A stretch of DNA of 64,000 bases from NCBI RefSeq assembly GCF_033153115.1, contig NW_026889758.1, forward strand, positions 49,972,001 through 50,036,000, read 5' to 3'. The DNA comes from Saccostrea echinata (lineage: Eukaryota). Shown here piece by piece: positions 1 through 12,679 of this stretch. The translations under genes and the position numbers were made by a program. The first letter of the stretch is position 1. The number at the start of each line of letters is the position of its first letter. The notes below the pieces were generated by a model. The model made no database searches and was not told the origin of the DNA. It saw only the letters and a program-made list of their open reading frames with translations.

Positions 1-814
1 TATCATTTAATCTAGATGCGCGGTGTTGTTGTGATAACTATAAATAAAAGGTTGATTTCAAAACACTATCTATCCTACAATTTGGTTTCATTTCAATAAG
101 GTAAGAAAATACTAAGATACTCGATCAGTACCTAATTATGTAAATGTGAAAATAAAAAAAAAATGTTTAAAGTCTAGTCTTCTTCAATATTTTAAACCAG
201 TATACTGAGTTGCTTCAGACTCGGATAAAATTCCTTCATTTTATGTACGTTTATAGGGATCTATTTCAAACTTATCTGCTGATCAAATACTTGAATTTAA
301 ATGCTGAAACGTTTGAAAAACGTTTCAAAATGTTTTTGTTTTTTTTATCTTTTTAACTGTATTTTGATGCATAAATTTTAGGTAATAGATCCTGCACGAG
401 AAGTTTATGAGGAAAGTACACCTCTTGGACAAGCATTTGAAAAACTGAAAAATACAAAACTCAAAACTGCAGTGCTATATTTCGCCCAGTGTGTTTTCAT
501 TTTAATGTACCTCTGGTGGCTTATGCTTCCAATATCAGGGATTCATACCGCATGCGAGAGCTATAAACATGAGAACCACAAATTATCCAGCATTGATAAT
601 CTTTGCAAATTGAGCTCCGATGGAAATATTATTCAAAAACCCTCTGTATATTTTCTTTTTGGTATATTTGGTTTCATTTTTTTCGGAACGAGATCGATTC
701 TAGAAATTTTTTTAAGATATAACACCGAATTCAATTTGTTTCTTAACCAAACTTTTGGCATGATTTACAGAAAAACTATCAGAGCAAATTAAATACATGA
801 ATTAAAATGGAAAC

Positions 815-980
815 ACATAAACAATAAAATGCTTTCTTAGGTTGTTTGTATGGGAATTGATGTTGCAGCTGTTGCAGAAAAAAATGCATAACCTGCGTGA
901 GCGGGTTATATATTTTTTTTGCAATAGCAGCAACGTTAATTCCCATACTAACATAGAAATAAAGACATTTTATTGTTTAT
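815..980. repeat. Imperfect palindrome (foldback), probably a non-autonomous DNA element remnant
   Basis: GTATGGGAATT..TTGCAGAAAAAAATGCATAACCTGC pairs with GCGGGTTATATATTTTTTTTGCAA..AATTCCCATAC; outer arms ATAAACAATAAAATG / CATTTTATTGTTTAT. Confidence 0.65.
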
Positions 981-1681
981 ATTTATATTTTTTTTTTGGT
1001 ACAAATAATAATTTAAAATAGATTTAAGTAGATTAAATATTGTATAATTGGTCATTGTATGTTTCATTGATGGAAGAGCCACTGCTCAAGAAATTGCAGG
1101 TGTTATGCTTAATGATGTTTACTGACTGATAAACCACAATGGTTTTCTTAAGAAATTAAGGAGAAAATATTCAGTGGATGTAAAATATTTTTGATTATCA
1201 GTAGTTGTACTATATAATTAATGTAGCTGTATGAACATATTTGTAATATTCCAAGTAGCATATATAAAGTCTTTTTATGAATAGATCTTTATCTTTTCAT
1301 CCATGCAGCAACGGACTTCATGTGACTTTCTGTTCACTGTAGTACTGTTCTTGTATACACACTGGTTGTCTGCGTTGAAATGGCAAACACGCAGATGAAT
1401 GCTGTGTGAGTGAAATAGGAAAAATGTATCATAAAATAATTCTGAATTTATCATCAGTAATTTTAGATGATTGATATTGACGTGAATGTAATTTTGTTTA
1501 TATATTTTATAGACGAAAAAGAAGAACTGTACATATATAGAGTTTAGTAGCTAAGTTGTTGTGCTATATTTTTCTGTTTTCATCTTTTTGTTTTTAATGA
1601 CTTTTAAAATTTATGTCCTGTAGAAGGTCGTCCAGAAAATTTGACAATTTTTAATTGTTTGTGCCGTTAGTCATTTTTAGT

Positions 1682-1684
<3 letters not shown>

Positions 1685-1758
<74 letters not shown>
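1685..1758. repeat. (TA)n microsatellite
   Basis: Pure TA run. Confidence 0.97.
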
Positions 1759-1760
<2 letters not shown>

Positions 1761-2415
1761 CTTTGTTCAGATTTCAGTAAAACTTTTTACACAAGTAGAT
1801 TACATTAAGAAACAACTTTATTTATTAAAATTATACATCAGTAAAGCTTCAGCCTCGTCAAAGATTTTAATTTTAAATATCTTGTTACAAGACAAACATT
1901 GTGCATGCTTTACATCACTGCTAAACCACTCATGATAGAAAGATACTGTCATTATTTTGTCATTATTGCTATTTTTGATAACCTTGATTTGTTTTCAATA
2001 AATAAGTCACCCTTGTATTTCAGAAAACTCATATGCCAAGCTATATATGCTAAATATTAGTCCCCTATCTCATATATCTAAAGACTGAGACAGACGGGCA
2101 CAAACAGATAGACCTCGGGGGTATTGGTTCTGTTATGTAGACTACAATAAAACATTGCTTGAATAAATTAAACATTTGAAAATGGATGAAAATAATATGA
2201 TTACATTTCGATGTAACTTTGGTATTGAAGTATGAAAAGTTATGTAGGTTACAACTTAAGTATTTAAGATCATCAACTGTACATAGATCTTTATATTGCT
2301 TAGAAGGTAAATAATGAATTCAATAAATTTGATTAAGCAGTTTATGTGTGTTACATCCGTTATTTTTTAATTATTGCTGTATATGAGGCAAAAAAAATAC
2401 TACTTTAGGGTGTTA

Positions 2416-4060
2416 ATGAAATGCGAAGATAATGAACAGCAATCATGCTCAAAAATCTAATTAAACAATACAAATTGTGAGTAGAGTTAACAAAGGCCTC
2501 TAAGAACATCAGAAGTAGTGTGAGCAGAGTTAACAAAGGCTTAAACAATACAAATTGTGAGTAGAGTTAACAAAGGCCTCTAAGAACATCAGAAGTAGTG
2601 TGAGCAGAGTTAACAAAGGCTTAAACAATACAAATTGTGAGTAGAGTTAACAAAGGCCTCTAAGAACATCAGAAGTAGTGTGAGCAGAGTTAACAAAGGC
2701 TTAAACAATACAAATTGTGAGTAGAGTAAACAAAGGCTTAAACAATACAAATTGTGAGCAGAGTTAACAAAGGCTTAAACAATACAAATTGTGAGTAGAG
2801 TAAACAAAGGCTTAAACAATACAAATTGTGAGTAGAGTAAACAAAGGCTTAAACAATACAAATTGTGAGTAGAGTAAACAAAGGCTTAAACAATACAAAT
2901 TGTGGGTAGAGTAAACAAAGGCTTAAACAATACAAATTGTGAGTAGAGTAAACAAAGGCTTAAACAATACAAATTGTGAGTAGAGTAAACAAAGGCTTAA
3001 ACAATACAAATTGTGAGTAGAGTAAACAAAGGCTTAAACAATACAAATTGTGAGTAGAGTAAACAAAGGCTTAAACAATACAAATTGTGAGTAGAGTAAA
3101 CAAAGGCTTAAACAATACAAATTGTGGGTAGAGTAAACAAAGGCTTAAACAATACAAATTGTGAGTAGAGTAAACAAAGGCTTAAACAATACAAATTGTG
3201 AGTAGAGTAAACAAAGGCTTAAACAATACAAATTGTGGGTAGAGTAAACAAAGGCTTAAACAATACAAATTGTGAGTAGAGTAAACAAAGGCTTAAACAA
3301 TACAAATTGTGAGTAGAGTAAACAAAGGCTTAAACAATACAAATTGTGAGTAGAGTAAACAAAGGCTTAAACAATACAAATTGTGAGTAGAGTAAACAAA
3401 GGCTTAAACAATACAAATTGTGAGTAGAGTAAACAAAGGCTTAAACAATACAAATTGTGAGTAGAGTAAACAAAGGCTTAAACAATACAAATTGTGAGTA
3501 GAGTAAACAAAGGCTTAAACAATACAAATTGTGAGTAGAGTTAACAAAGGCTTAAACAATACAAATTGTGAGCAGAGTAAACAAAGGCCTCTGAGAACAT
3601 CAGACGTAGGATTATGGTGCCATTGAAGAGTAAGAATCTCCTGTCTATAAGTCACACCCGCTGTTTGCTCCTTGTCCTGAGCGGGTGAATGATCCGTAGA
3701 CAATTCAGTCTGAAAATAATAGCCTTATAATTTATAAGAGGAATGTCAGTTTACATTCGACCTAATATCAGATTGTTTTTGCAAACAAAGACCCTGTGTA
3801 GACCCCAGGGTTTGCAAAATGTTGACTTTCGTTGGATTTTTGATAGCCTTGTATAATTATTTTATTTGTCAGTGACAGGTTCCGTCCTAGAAAACTGTAT
3901 GTAGAACATGTTCTTGGTTATTGAATCAATTGGGAGACATAAACCCCAGGAGGTGATGATGGTATATTGCTATATAAGTATGGGAAGTTGACGATGGAAA
4001 AGTTGAAATCATCACGTTTATAATAAAGCTTGTTGTTCAGTGTCTTTGCCAGTTAGACAT
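2416..4060 (-). mobile_element. Degenerate 3' part of a Penelope-like retroelement, containing an expanded minisatellite
   Basis: Shares ATGAAATG.GAAGATAA.GAACAG and GTCACACCCGC.GT blocks with 17905-18090 and 54674-55110; minus-strand translation 'QDKEQTAGVTYRQEILT' recurs as 'HDKEHTAGVTGRQGMLT'. Confidence 0.6.
2461..3588. repeat. Minisatellite: three 80-bp units followed by about 24 units of 37 bp
   Basis: 80-bp units start at 2461, 2541 and 2621; from 2701 the unit is TTAAACAATACAAATTGTGAGTAGAGTAAACAAAGGC with few variants. Confidence 0.95.
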
Positions 4061-5106
4061 CCAAATATGAAACATCTGTCAGACTCATGTTTTTTTGTAG
4101 GATTATGAATGAAATATAAATGCCATTTTCATTGCACATCTATAGGACACCAGAAATCATATTCTAAAACAAGATAAGATGATTTGAATAGTGTAAAATG
4201 TAAGTGGAATTCTGGAAAACATGGTTTTTGCAGAAATACGATGTTTTCATCCCTAATTGGTCTTTGTATAAAAACAAAATTTCTGAACTCATATTCGCAC
4301 TATTCAGGATACCACACTTGGCTTATGCGTAAAATTTAAGAATAGTTATTGGAATCAGGTTTTTGTAGAAAAACGGGAGATTTGCAACCATCCTTTGATC
4401 CCGGGTGAAAATGAAATCTCTGAAACCTTATTGCACATGTTCAGGACACAAAATCAGATTCCAAAAAGAAGAATTGGCTACTGCCTAAAATGTAAGGGGA
4501 CTTTGGGGAAGAAGATAATTTGACAAACGGGCAGAGAGACCGGGAAAACAACAATATACCAAACTTTCTTTTGAAAATTCGGGTAAAATAAAAATGAATA
4601 ATAGAAATCGAATTTTTCTCAAATTGTTCTTTTGTCAACAGAATTTCAGTGACTGCTTTTTAATTAGAGTGTTTCAAGGAACGTCTTACTTTATAGCATC
4701 ATTAAAGATTTATAAAAACTAAAGGTGGTCAATTATTTATTTTGCTACTAGCATTATAGCAAAGAACATTTTAACAAAGAAAAAAATCCACAAATAGTAA
4801 GACCGTTAGAATAACATTTATCATATAAAGTCTGATAACCAATAAAAATAATTTCCCAACCCTCAAGTAAGTGAATATTGAAATTCTTATTTAAAAATTA
4901 TTATTAATCATTTTAGAAAAAAAACTATTAGCTTTTCTTTACTGTAATTATCAATCTACAGCAATCCTTTTGGTTTAATGATCCTGATATATTTTCATAG
5001 CATTTTTTCAGTTTGTGTGGTAAGTGTATAGTATATGATTTCAAAGTATAGTGTTATGAGTTCATAAACTTGTGATACGAATGCTAGTTATCAAAACCTT
5101 GCCTCT

Positions 5107-5107
<1 letters not shown>

Positions 5108-5156
<49 letters not shown>
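5108..5156. repeat. Poly(A) homopolymer run
   Basis: About 49 consecutive A; produces the spurious poly-K/poly-F ORFs. Confidence 0.95.
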
Positions 5157-5157
<1 letters not shown>

Positions 5158-5850
5158 AGAAGTTAAATTAATCATCCGGAGTATTTTTGCAAAAAAGGTT
5201 AAGGTCAAGTGGATTGTACGCTGTTTTTTTAAATATGTTTTATGGCAAACAGTGCACATGCTAAACAGCATAGACTTATCTCGTAAATGCTGTATATCGA
5301 CACATTGAACTATTTACTTAGACAGACAAACACCGGGTGAAGTGATTTACTCTGCAGGCGACACAAAACTAGAGTAGATGCTGTTATAAGACACATTTAC
5401 CCAAATTTTCGTCCTGGAGGCCAATTTGGGCATATATTATTTTTAACATAGAAAGTTTCTTTCCAAAACTCTTTAAACAGAATTTATGTCTCATGAAATT
5501 CTTTTCTCTCAGATTGTAACGAATCAATTGTATAAATACTAACAAAAGAGGCCCATGGGCCACATGCTTACCTAATCCTTTTATGCTGCCTTTTCTTTGT
5601 GTTATTATCATGTATCTTCATGTAATTAAATCTTCACTTGTAACTTATCTAAAGGGAAATACTTTTAAAGAGATTTTTGTCATTATGACGTTACTTCTAG
5701 GCAATTATTTTCAGTTCATATCTTTTTAACCATTCCCTTGCTTTTTTAAAAAATAATATTTGCTGTCATTTTGCTATAATCATCTTGTTTCGAGTTGTAG
5801 GAAATAAAATTATTTAAAATTTGTCCGACAGTTACTTTGAAATTCATTCC

Positions 5851-6651
5851 TTTTTGTGTCGCCTGCAGAGCAGAGCGGCACTAAGGGATCACATTACCCG
5901 GCTTCTGCCTGTCTCTCTGTCTCTGTCACACCCTATATCTCAAGAACTGTAAGAGGTATGGATTTGATATTTTGCACATATATTTCTTGGCACTATGGTT
6001 TTTGTAAATTACCATGGTTACTGACCTCGTGACCTTTGACCTTTGATCTACTTTTCAAAATAGTTCACAGTCCCGATAAACAGCACTTTGCAAAAATATC
6101 TCGGGCAGTTTAATTAAACTTATGACTTTTGAATTTTGAGAGGCAGAGTTTAGATAATTAGCATTAATACACGTTTATGAGCTCATGATACCGTATGACA
6201 TTCAGTTACTACACAAACATATATTTAGATACCTCGGGATCTGTATTCCAAAACGGATCGTTTAGACTTAGAATTGCAGTAAAGACAGACTGAAATATCT
6301 TGGAATGATTATACAGGCCCCGATCTGGCAAAGACATACTGAAATCTGTTTTGTAGGATTGTTGGAAACACGTATTAATAAAATGACAAATATTCATTTC
6401 TAATAATATCAATTTAATTATTTCAATGTAATTTTTCATTTGAGGGTTATTGAACCATATTTTCTTTGATTGTCAGATTCTGTCGCAGTCCTATACTATC
6501 CACGGATCCATTTTTTCTTTGCAGGGAAATGCATGAACTATAAGTCTATTATGCTTATAGTAAATAAAAAGCTGACCACCCTTAGATTTATTTACACCTT
6601 AAATAAAGCTACAAAGCAGGCGACACATGCGTTCCTTGGAACACTCTAGTT
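5851..6651 (+). mobile_element. Non-autonomous Helentron/pearl-type element
   Basis: 5' TTTTTGTGTCGCCTGC, short CTGT microsatellite, TGACCTTTGACCT motif, 3' GCAGGCGACACA (inverted subterminal repeat) plus hairpin and CTAGTT end; an opposite-orientation end lies at about 5355-5372. Confidence 0.65.
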
Positions 6652-6973
6652 ACGTAATTCTTATGTATCATCGATTCAAAATCGGTGTCGAAGAGTAATG
6701 TCATATCAAGTCTGTGCATTCTTACTGTCAGCGATAAATGAGACACACTGTCGTGTTTATTTTAATATTTTATAAAGTATTCCATATAGCTGAATGAAAT
6801 TTTAGGACAAGAGTCAAAATAGTTAGAGGTATTGGTTTTTATAAAATTGTTGAAAACGTCCGATCATTAAAGATTTTAGAGCAGATGTGACATTACTTTT
6901 GGATGTATGTGCAGAAGAAATTTTTCCAAAAATGTTATAGTTAGTGTAAAAATTTACACGCAATACGGGAATA

Positions 6974-8294
6974 CCGGTGTTGTAGAGTAGGATTTCCCCC
7001 ATAGCCAGCTTTATCCCCGGAATCTGTACTCTAGAGTAGGGTATTCCCCCCAAGGGAAATCTCACTCTAGAGCCAAATTTCCCCCTCTTTCTTTCTCAGA
7101 GAAGGATTTCCCCTCTTTTATCAATGCTTAAATCATATAGACAATGTTTGGCTAAACGTTAATATGAAAGTCAACTGATTCTTTTATGGAAATATGAGTG
7201 TTTCGACTCAAGAATTGTCGAATTTAGTATGAAATCTTAAACTATGTAGTTCAAATTATTGAGTCAACAGGAGGAAAAAACCTTTAATATGAAGTTCCCT
7301 TTTGTTTCTTTGAATACAGTTAAATGAGCTAGGTTCACTTTATGCATAAAATGGCCCTGGCCTTATATCAATTAATTGACTATCACCCTCTGTCCCTTTT
7401 CATATATCAAAATAAAGTAGAGACTTAGTGCTTTCATTTCCTTTAATAAAATTTCTTTTTGAGAATCCAGGTATTGGAAAACAGGCTTTGAGAAAATGGA
7501 ATGTTCTGGAATTTTACAGAAAACATGCGTATTTGACTACCATCAGCAAAGAATTAAAATATGAGCACAGTCCACGATTCAAAAATTAAAACATGTTTTG
7601 TGATCTTCAGAAATAGATCTTTCATTATGTAATTGCATATTTTGGATCAGAGGTTGTGCTCTACATGAAATATTGAAAAAATATCTCAACTTTTGGCCAT
7701 TTTTAAGGGAATTTACAGGATATGGGAAAAATGACGCATTTTATGACGTCATAATGCATTGACTAGAGAGAAAATTACGTCATGTTCAATAGATACACGG
7801 TCACCAAGGGTCCAAGTTATAAATACTGCATTTTCAACCAAAACTGAGCAGTTTTGATTTTTCAGAAATTCTCAGGGCCAAAAAAAGGCCCTAAGTGGCT
7901 CCTGCTCTTTGTGCAACCGATTACATTGTACATGCACCATTTTTTTTAGAAACGAGCTTTGACCAGATGAAAAGAATTTTGAAGACGGAACACTTGTAAC
8001 AATTTGTCGCCTCCTCCCCCTCATACATAAGTACAGCCATGATATTTGATGGGGAGAAAATTGGCTCTGGGGAAATCGCACTCTATAACTATTCCACAGA
8101 GTAGGATTTCCCCCCGAAAAATTGAATCTGGTGTGGGATTTCCGTAAGGGAAAGTCCTACTCTAGAGTCATCTTTCCATGAGGGAAATCATACTCTAGAG
8201 CCTATTTTCCGGGGAGGGGGAATCCTACTCTAGAGCCAGTTTTCCGGGGAGGAGGGGGAGATTTAAGAGGGGAAAGCCTACTCTACAAGACCGG
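6974..8294. mobile_element. Non-autonomous TIR DNA transposon (MITE) with TA target duplication
   Basis: Left CCGGTGTTGTAGAGTAGGATTTCCCC vs reverse complement of right end CCGGTCTTGTAGAGTAGGCTTTCCCC; TA at 6972-6973 and 8295-8296; subterminal TACTCTAGAG repeats. Confidence 0.85.
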
Positions 8295-9011
8295 TATTGC
8301 TGTTATCCTGGTCCGTACTTTATGCTGCTCATTTACGCTTAACTTCAGTTAAGTTGTGCCAATGTCTATGAAAAAAAGTACAAAACTAATATTTCATACC
8401 TTATAATAAAATATTTTTGGTTGTTATCTAATCGTGAACTCTTGGTGAAAAAATATTAGATTTAATCGCTTACAGAGAGTTTCGGCCCTTGAAACAATTA
8501 AAAATGATTCAAATATAAATTGACGAAAGTAACGAATATCACAATGTGAATGAATTTTTGGCTATTAGAATTATCCATTGGCTTCTTAAAGAAGTATGAA
8601 AAATTTAATGATTTGCATAATTAATAAATTCGACTCAATGATATGTATTCGATAAATCTTCTTTAACAGTAATTAAAGGTAGACAGATATGATAACCTAG
8701 GTCACCAAAAAAATTTGGAAATTTGTAATGCTACTGACACTAATTTTCTTTTTATTAAATGCAGAAGACAGAAAATACATAATTTCTACCAAAACAATTT
8801 ATTTTAATTAAAAGAATTATAGATGTATCATAAGTAAATCATCAAAGTTTATAGAGTTTCCTACATGGCAATAGAATTTTGCAACAGACTGGTCTAGAGT
8901 AGCCAATTCATCTTTTGGATAGGCTTTGTGGCATCCTATAGATGAAAAATAAGGTTTAAAATATTATTTTACTTTCAGGGACTTTTTTGGACCAAAAATT
9001 GATATTCTTTC

Positions 9012-10341
9012 ACAAGAGGCCAAAGGGCCTTAATGGTCACTAATATCAAAAGTTTTTTCTGGCTATATCCACTTTGAGCCCACCTGGAATTGGCTAAATA
9101 GACTTATATCACATACATTTTACAGTTTGATGAGAATTATGTAATCGTTATCAAATCCATGCACCTTGTCCCCTATAAAATGATGAGTAACTGAAATAAA
9201 TATTATATAATAAATTGCAATACATGACACCCTCAAAACTATTCTAAAGATTTTTTTCCTATTCCTGCATAAAATTTGTTCTCCCGTTGTGCTCCTTGCC
9301 CACCCCCTATGTTGATTGGGAAAAAAATTGAATTCGCATTACCTGAGGATTTATGCTGGCATATCATGACCCACCATAAATCCTCTGTTCTACACGAGCA
9401 AAAGTTGATGATTTTCCAAGTAAATATTCCCCATGAAAATATTTTTATCCCTTATTGTGGCCCCATTCCCAGGGTCATGAAACTCAATCTGGCATTCTGG
9501 ACTACCCGAGGATGCTTCTATATAAATTAGCTGTGTCTGTGGCTCGCTGGTCTGAAAATATTCGGATGGATGACCAGAGAGCTACAGTGCTACCCATTGA
9601 AAAAAAAGTGTATAATTATTACGCACAAAAAATGCGCTGTTTCTCGATTCATTTCCCCCAGGGGTGATAATTTGAACAAACATGAATCTAGACTACCTGA
9701 GGATGCTTCCATTTAAATATGACCATCTATGGCTCTGATGTTCTTCAGAAGAAGATTTTTAAAAAAAATTTCCTATATACACATGTATTCCTATGTAAAA
9801 CTTTGAACCCCCAATGTGGTCCCACCCTTCCCAGGAGGTCATGATTTGAACAAACATGAATTTACACTACCTGAGGATACTTCCATATATACATGACCAT
9901 CTATGACTTTGCTGTTCTTGAGAAGAAAATTTTTACAGATTTTACTAAATAAATTTCGACGTAAAACTTTGATCCCCCATTGTGGCCACACCCCATCCGT
10001 AGGGGTCGTGATTTGGACAAACATGAATCCTAACTCAGGAAGCTTCCATATTATCAGTTTCATTTCTTCTTGCCCCAAGTGGTTTGTGAGAAGAAGATGT
10101 TTTTAATGACCCCACCCTTTTTACATTTTCTTGATTATCTCCCCTTTGAAGGGAGCACTGCCCTTCATTTGAATAAATCTAAATTCCCTTTAGCCAAGGA
10201 TACTTTGAGGCAAGTTTGATTGGTCCAGTGGTTCCTGAAAAGTTAACAAATATGAAAAGTTTACACATTACGCACACCCGAACGACGAAGGACGAAAACA
10301 GATAGCAACAGGTCACCTGAGTGACTCAGGTGTCCTAAAAA
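9012..10341. mobile_element. Pearl/Helentron-type element with internal tandem satellite-like repeats
   Basis: Starts ACAAGAGGCC; repeated GGGTCATGA..TTGAACAAACATGAATCT..CTACCTGAGGATGCTTCC units; ends GGTCACCTGAGTGACTCAGGTG.CCTAAAAA hairpin. Confidence 0.75.
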
Positions 10342-11422
10342 CTATGTTCCCATAGCCCACCTCACATTTTAAGCAGTACTTAGCCAAATCATATTTTGGA
10401 ATATGACTGGTGGTGTCTTGTACCTCTGCAATAAGGTTCCGGTATTTTTGTTCACATCCGAGGGGCAAATGGGGTTGAAAAATGTTTAAAGATGTTTATC
10501 TACTAAAATCTTGTTATACGAGGGGCATTTGAAAAGTTCTAAGAACTGTTTGATAAAATATTAACCGTTTAGAGGGAAATTATTGAGTTTGATATCATTG
10601 GAAAGGTCAGAAAAATATACACTTATTTTGAGGTCACTTTGTAATTTTTATGACGTAATAACTCCGAAATGACGTCAGAATCTCGTGTGTTTAGCATACT
10701 GACCATAAAAATGACGTAACAAGAGACACCATTTCAGCAAATGAAAATTTTAAAGTCAATTTTTGCTAATTACTCGGATGCACACTACAGATACAAATGC
10801 CAGTTGGGAGAATGTTTATATAGACTACAGTCTATCATATTGTGTTTTATTTGGGAGATCCTATAGTTCTGAGGTGGTTTAAGTATGTGTCAAACATATG
10901 TTTTTATGCATGCTTTTATCGAATCTCGCTCAAAATATTGCGTAAAAAAGACTTAGCTGTGAGAAAATGACAAAGTTGACAATCAAAGGAGAATATCATA
11001 TCTTATTTTTTGGAATATTATTTGTGGCATCCTAGAGATCTGGAATAATTTTTGGGAATATTTATTTTCATCCTGAGGGCAAATTAGGTACAGAAAATTT
11101 TAAACGCCCCTTTTTATGCAAAAAAAAAATGTCAAATCCCTTTCCTCTCATTTATTTTGGCTCTGTTTGATTTTCATTAACCATTTAATCACAAATTAGA
11201 ATCGAAAATGGTCATTTAGTAATTAAATGACGTAATACGAGAACAAAAAACTAGCTACAAAATCATAAACCGGATGTATATTAAAATGTAATACGAGAAC
11301 AAAAAACTAGCTACAAAAACATAAGCCGGATGTATATTAAAATCATACATTGTCATATCCGAGTCACCTTGTAAAAATCATTATGCCAACATGAACACAC
11401 ATTACATAATATATTGAACGTA

Positions 11423-11837
11423 TCAAGGGTCAATGTCCATAAGTCTTGTCTTTTTCACTTGTTTCAACCAATTCCTATCTGGCTGTAGCTGTTCATTTCC
11501 ACGCACATCTTGAAGAGTCCTTTTCCACTTGTTTCCACCAATTCCTATCTGACTGTAGCTGCTCATTTCCTTTTCCACTTGTTTCCACCAATTCCTATCT
11601 GACTGTAGCTGCTCATTTCCACATCCTGGAGGGTCAATCTCCATCAGTCTTGTCTTTTCCACTTGTTTCCACCAATTCATGTCTGGCTGTAGCTGCTCAT
11701 TTCCACATTTTGGAGAGTCAAAGTCCATCAGTCTTTTCTTTTCCAGGTTTTTCCACCAATTCTGATCTGATAGTATCTGCTCATTTCCACATCTTGGAGG
11801 GGCAGCTAGGTTAAGGACACCCATATTCCACATCCAC
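11423..11837 (-). other. Candidate terminal coding exon made of 84-bp (28-aa) repeats; upstream exons not identified
   Basis: Minus-strand acceptor TTTTAACTCTGAACAG at 11838, then an open frame with repeats PPRCGNEQILSDQNWWKNLEKKRLMDFD / SPKCGNEQLQPDMNWWKQVEKTRLMEID / PPGCGNEQLQSDRNWWKQVEK to a stop at 11423. Confidence 0.4.
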
Positions 11838-12679
11838 CTGTTCAGAGTTAAAACAAACGAAACAAAATGATAAATACAATGGTCCTTTTTTTAACACTCA
11901 CTTTTATTTTCCATAGATATTGTAAATATAAAATGATGTGCAACTTATACTGCCTAAATTACATACATTAACTGAATATAGAATAAAAGCTAATGATTAC
12001 GCTGTACTGTATAGCATCACTAACTAGTTTGACATGATCTTGCTGTACCTAGATGAAACCACTGACTATAGTTTGGCATATTTTCTCTGTAGAGTGGGAC
12101 GGATCAAGCTATTATTATAAGTATCAGAATTAAAATGAAAGAAGCATGAGATGATCAAAATAGACATTTTCATGAATAAATTAATCGATATCGATGTTTT
12201 TGAAAATCAAAGGTGGAGGACCAAAAATTTGGTGGATTCGACTGGTCGATATTATGAAGATATTATTGTATAAACTTAATATTGCCACAGTATTACTTTA
12301 TATTAATACCCTCCATTTTTAAAAAAAAAACCAAAAAACAAAACAAAACAAAAACAAAAAAAAAACTCCGTTTAAATCGGAATTTAGTTGTTTTTTTGTT
12401 TTTTTTTTTTATTTCAGACTGGTAATAAAATTATCATATAAAATAGCAATATTAGAACTCACGGTCCACATACATGTACTAGCCTTAGCCTTTTGTGCTC
12501 AATATATATGATACATGTATATTCATATAAAGTATTGAATAACATAATGTTTCTTTGCTTGTTACTTAGGTACGAAGGAGAGTATATTTAGAGGCAAACA
12601 TTGCTTGAGAGTGTATCTGTCGTATAAGAGCATCTAATTATTTTTGCTGAAGACACGTGCATTATTTCACACAGGAAAG

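Noticed and set aside
472-792. 106-aa hydrophobic ORF
   Set aside because: GTG start, no motif or splice support; expected by chance in AT-rich DNA
2461-3588. CRISPR-like 37-bp periodic array
   Set aside because: Head-to-tail repeats with no unique spacers, no cas genes, eukaryotic context
5062-5308. Poly-Lys / poly-Phe ORFs
   Set aside because: Artefacts of the poly(A) run
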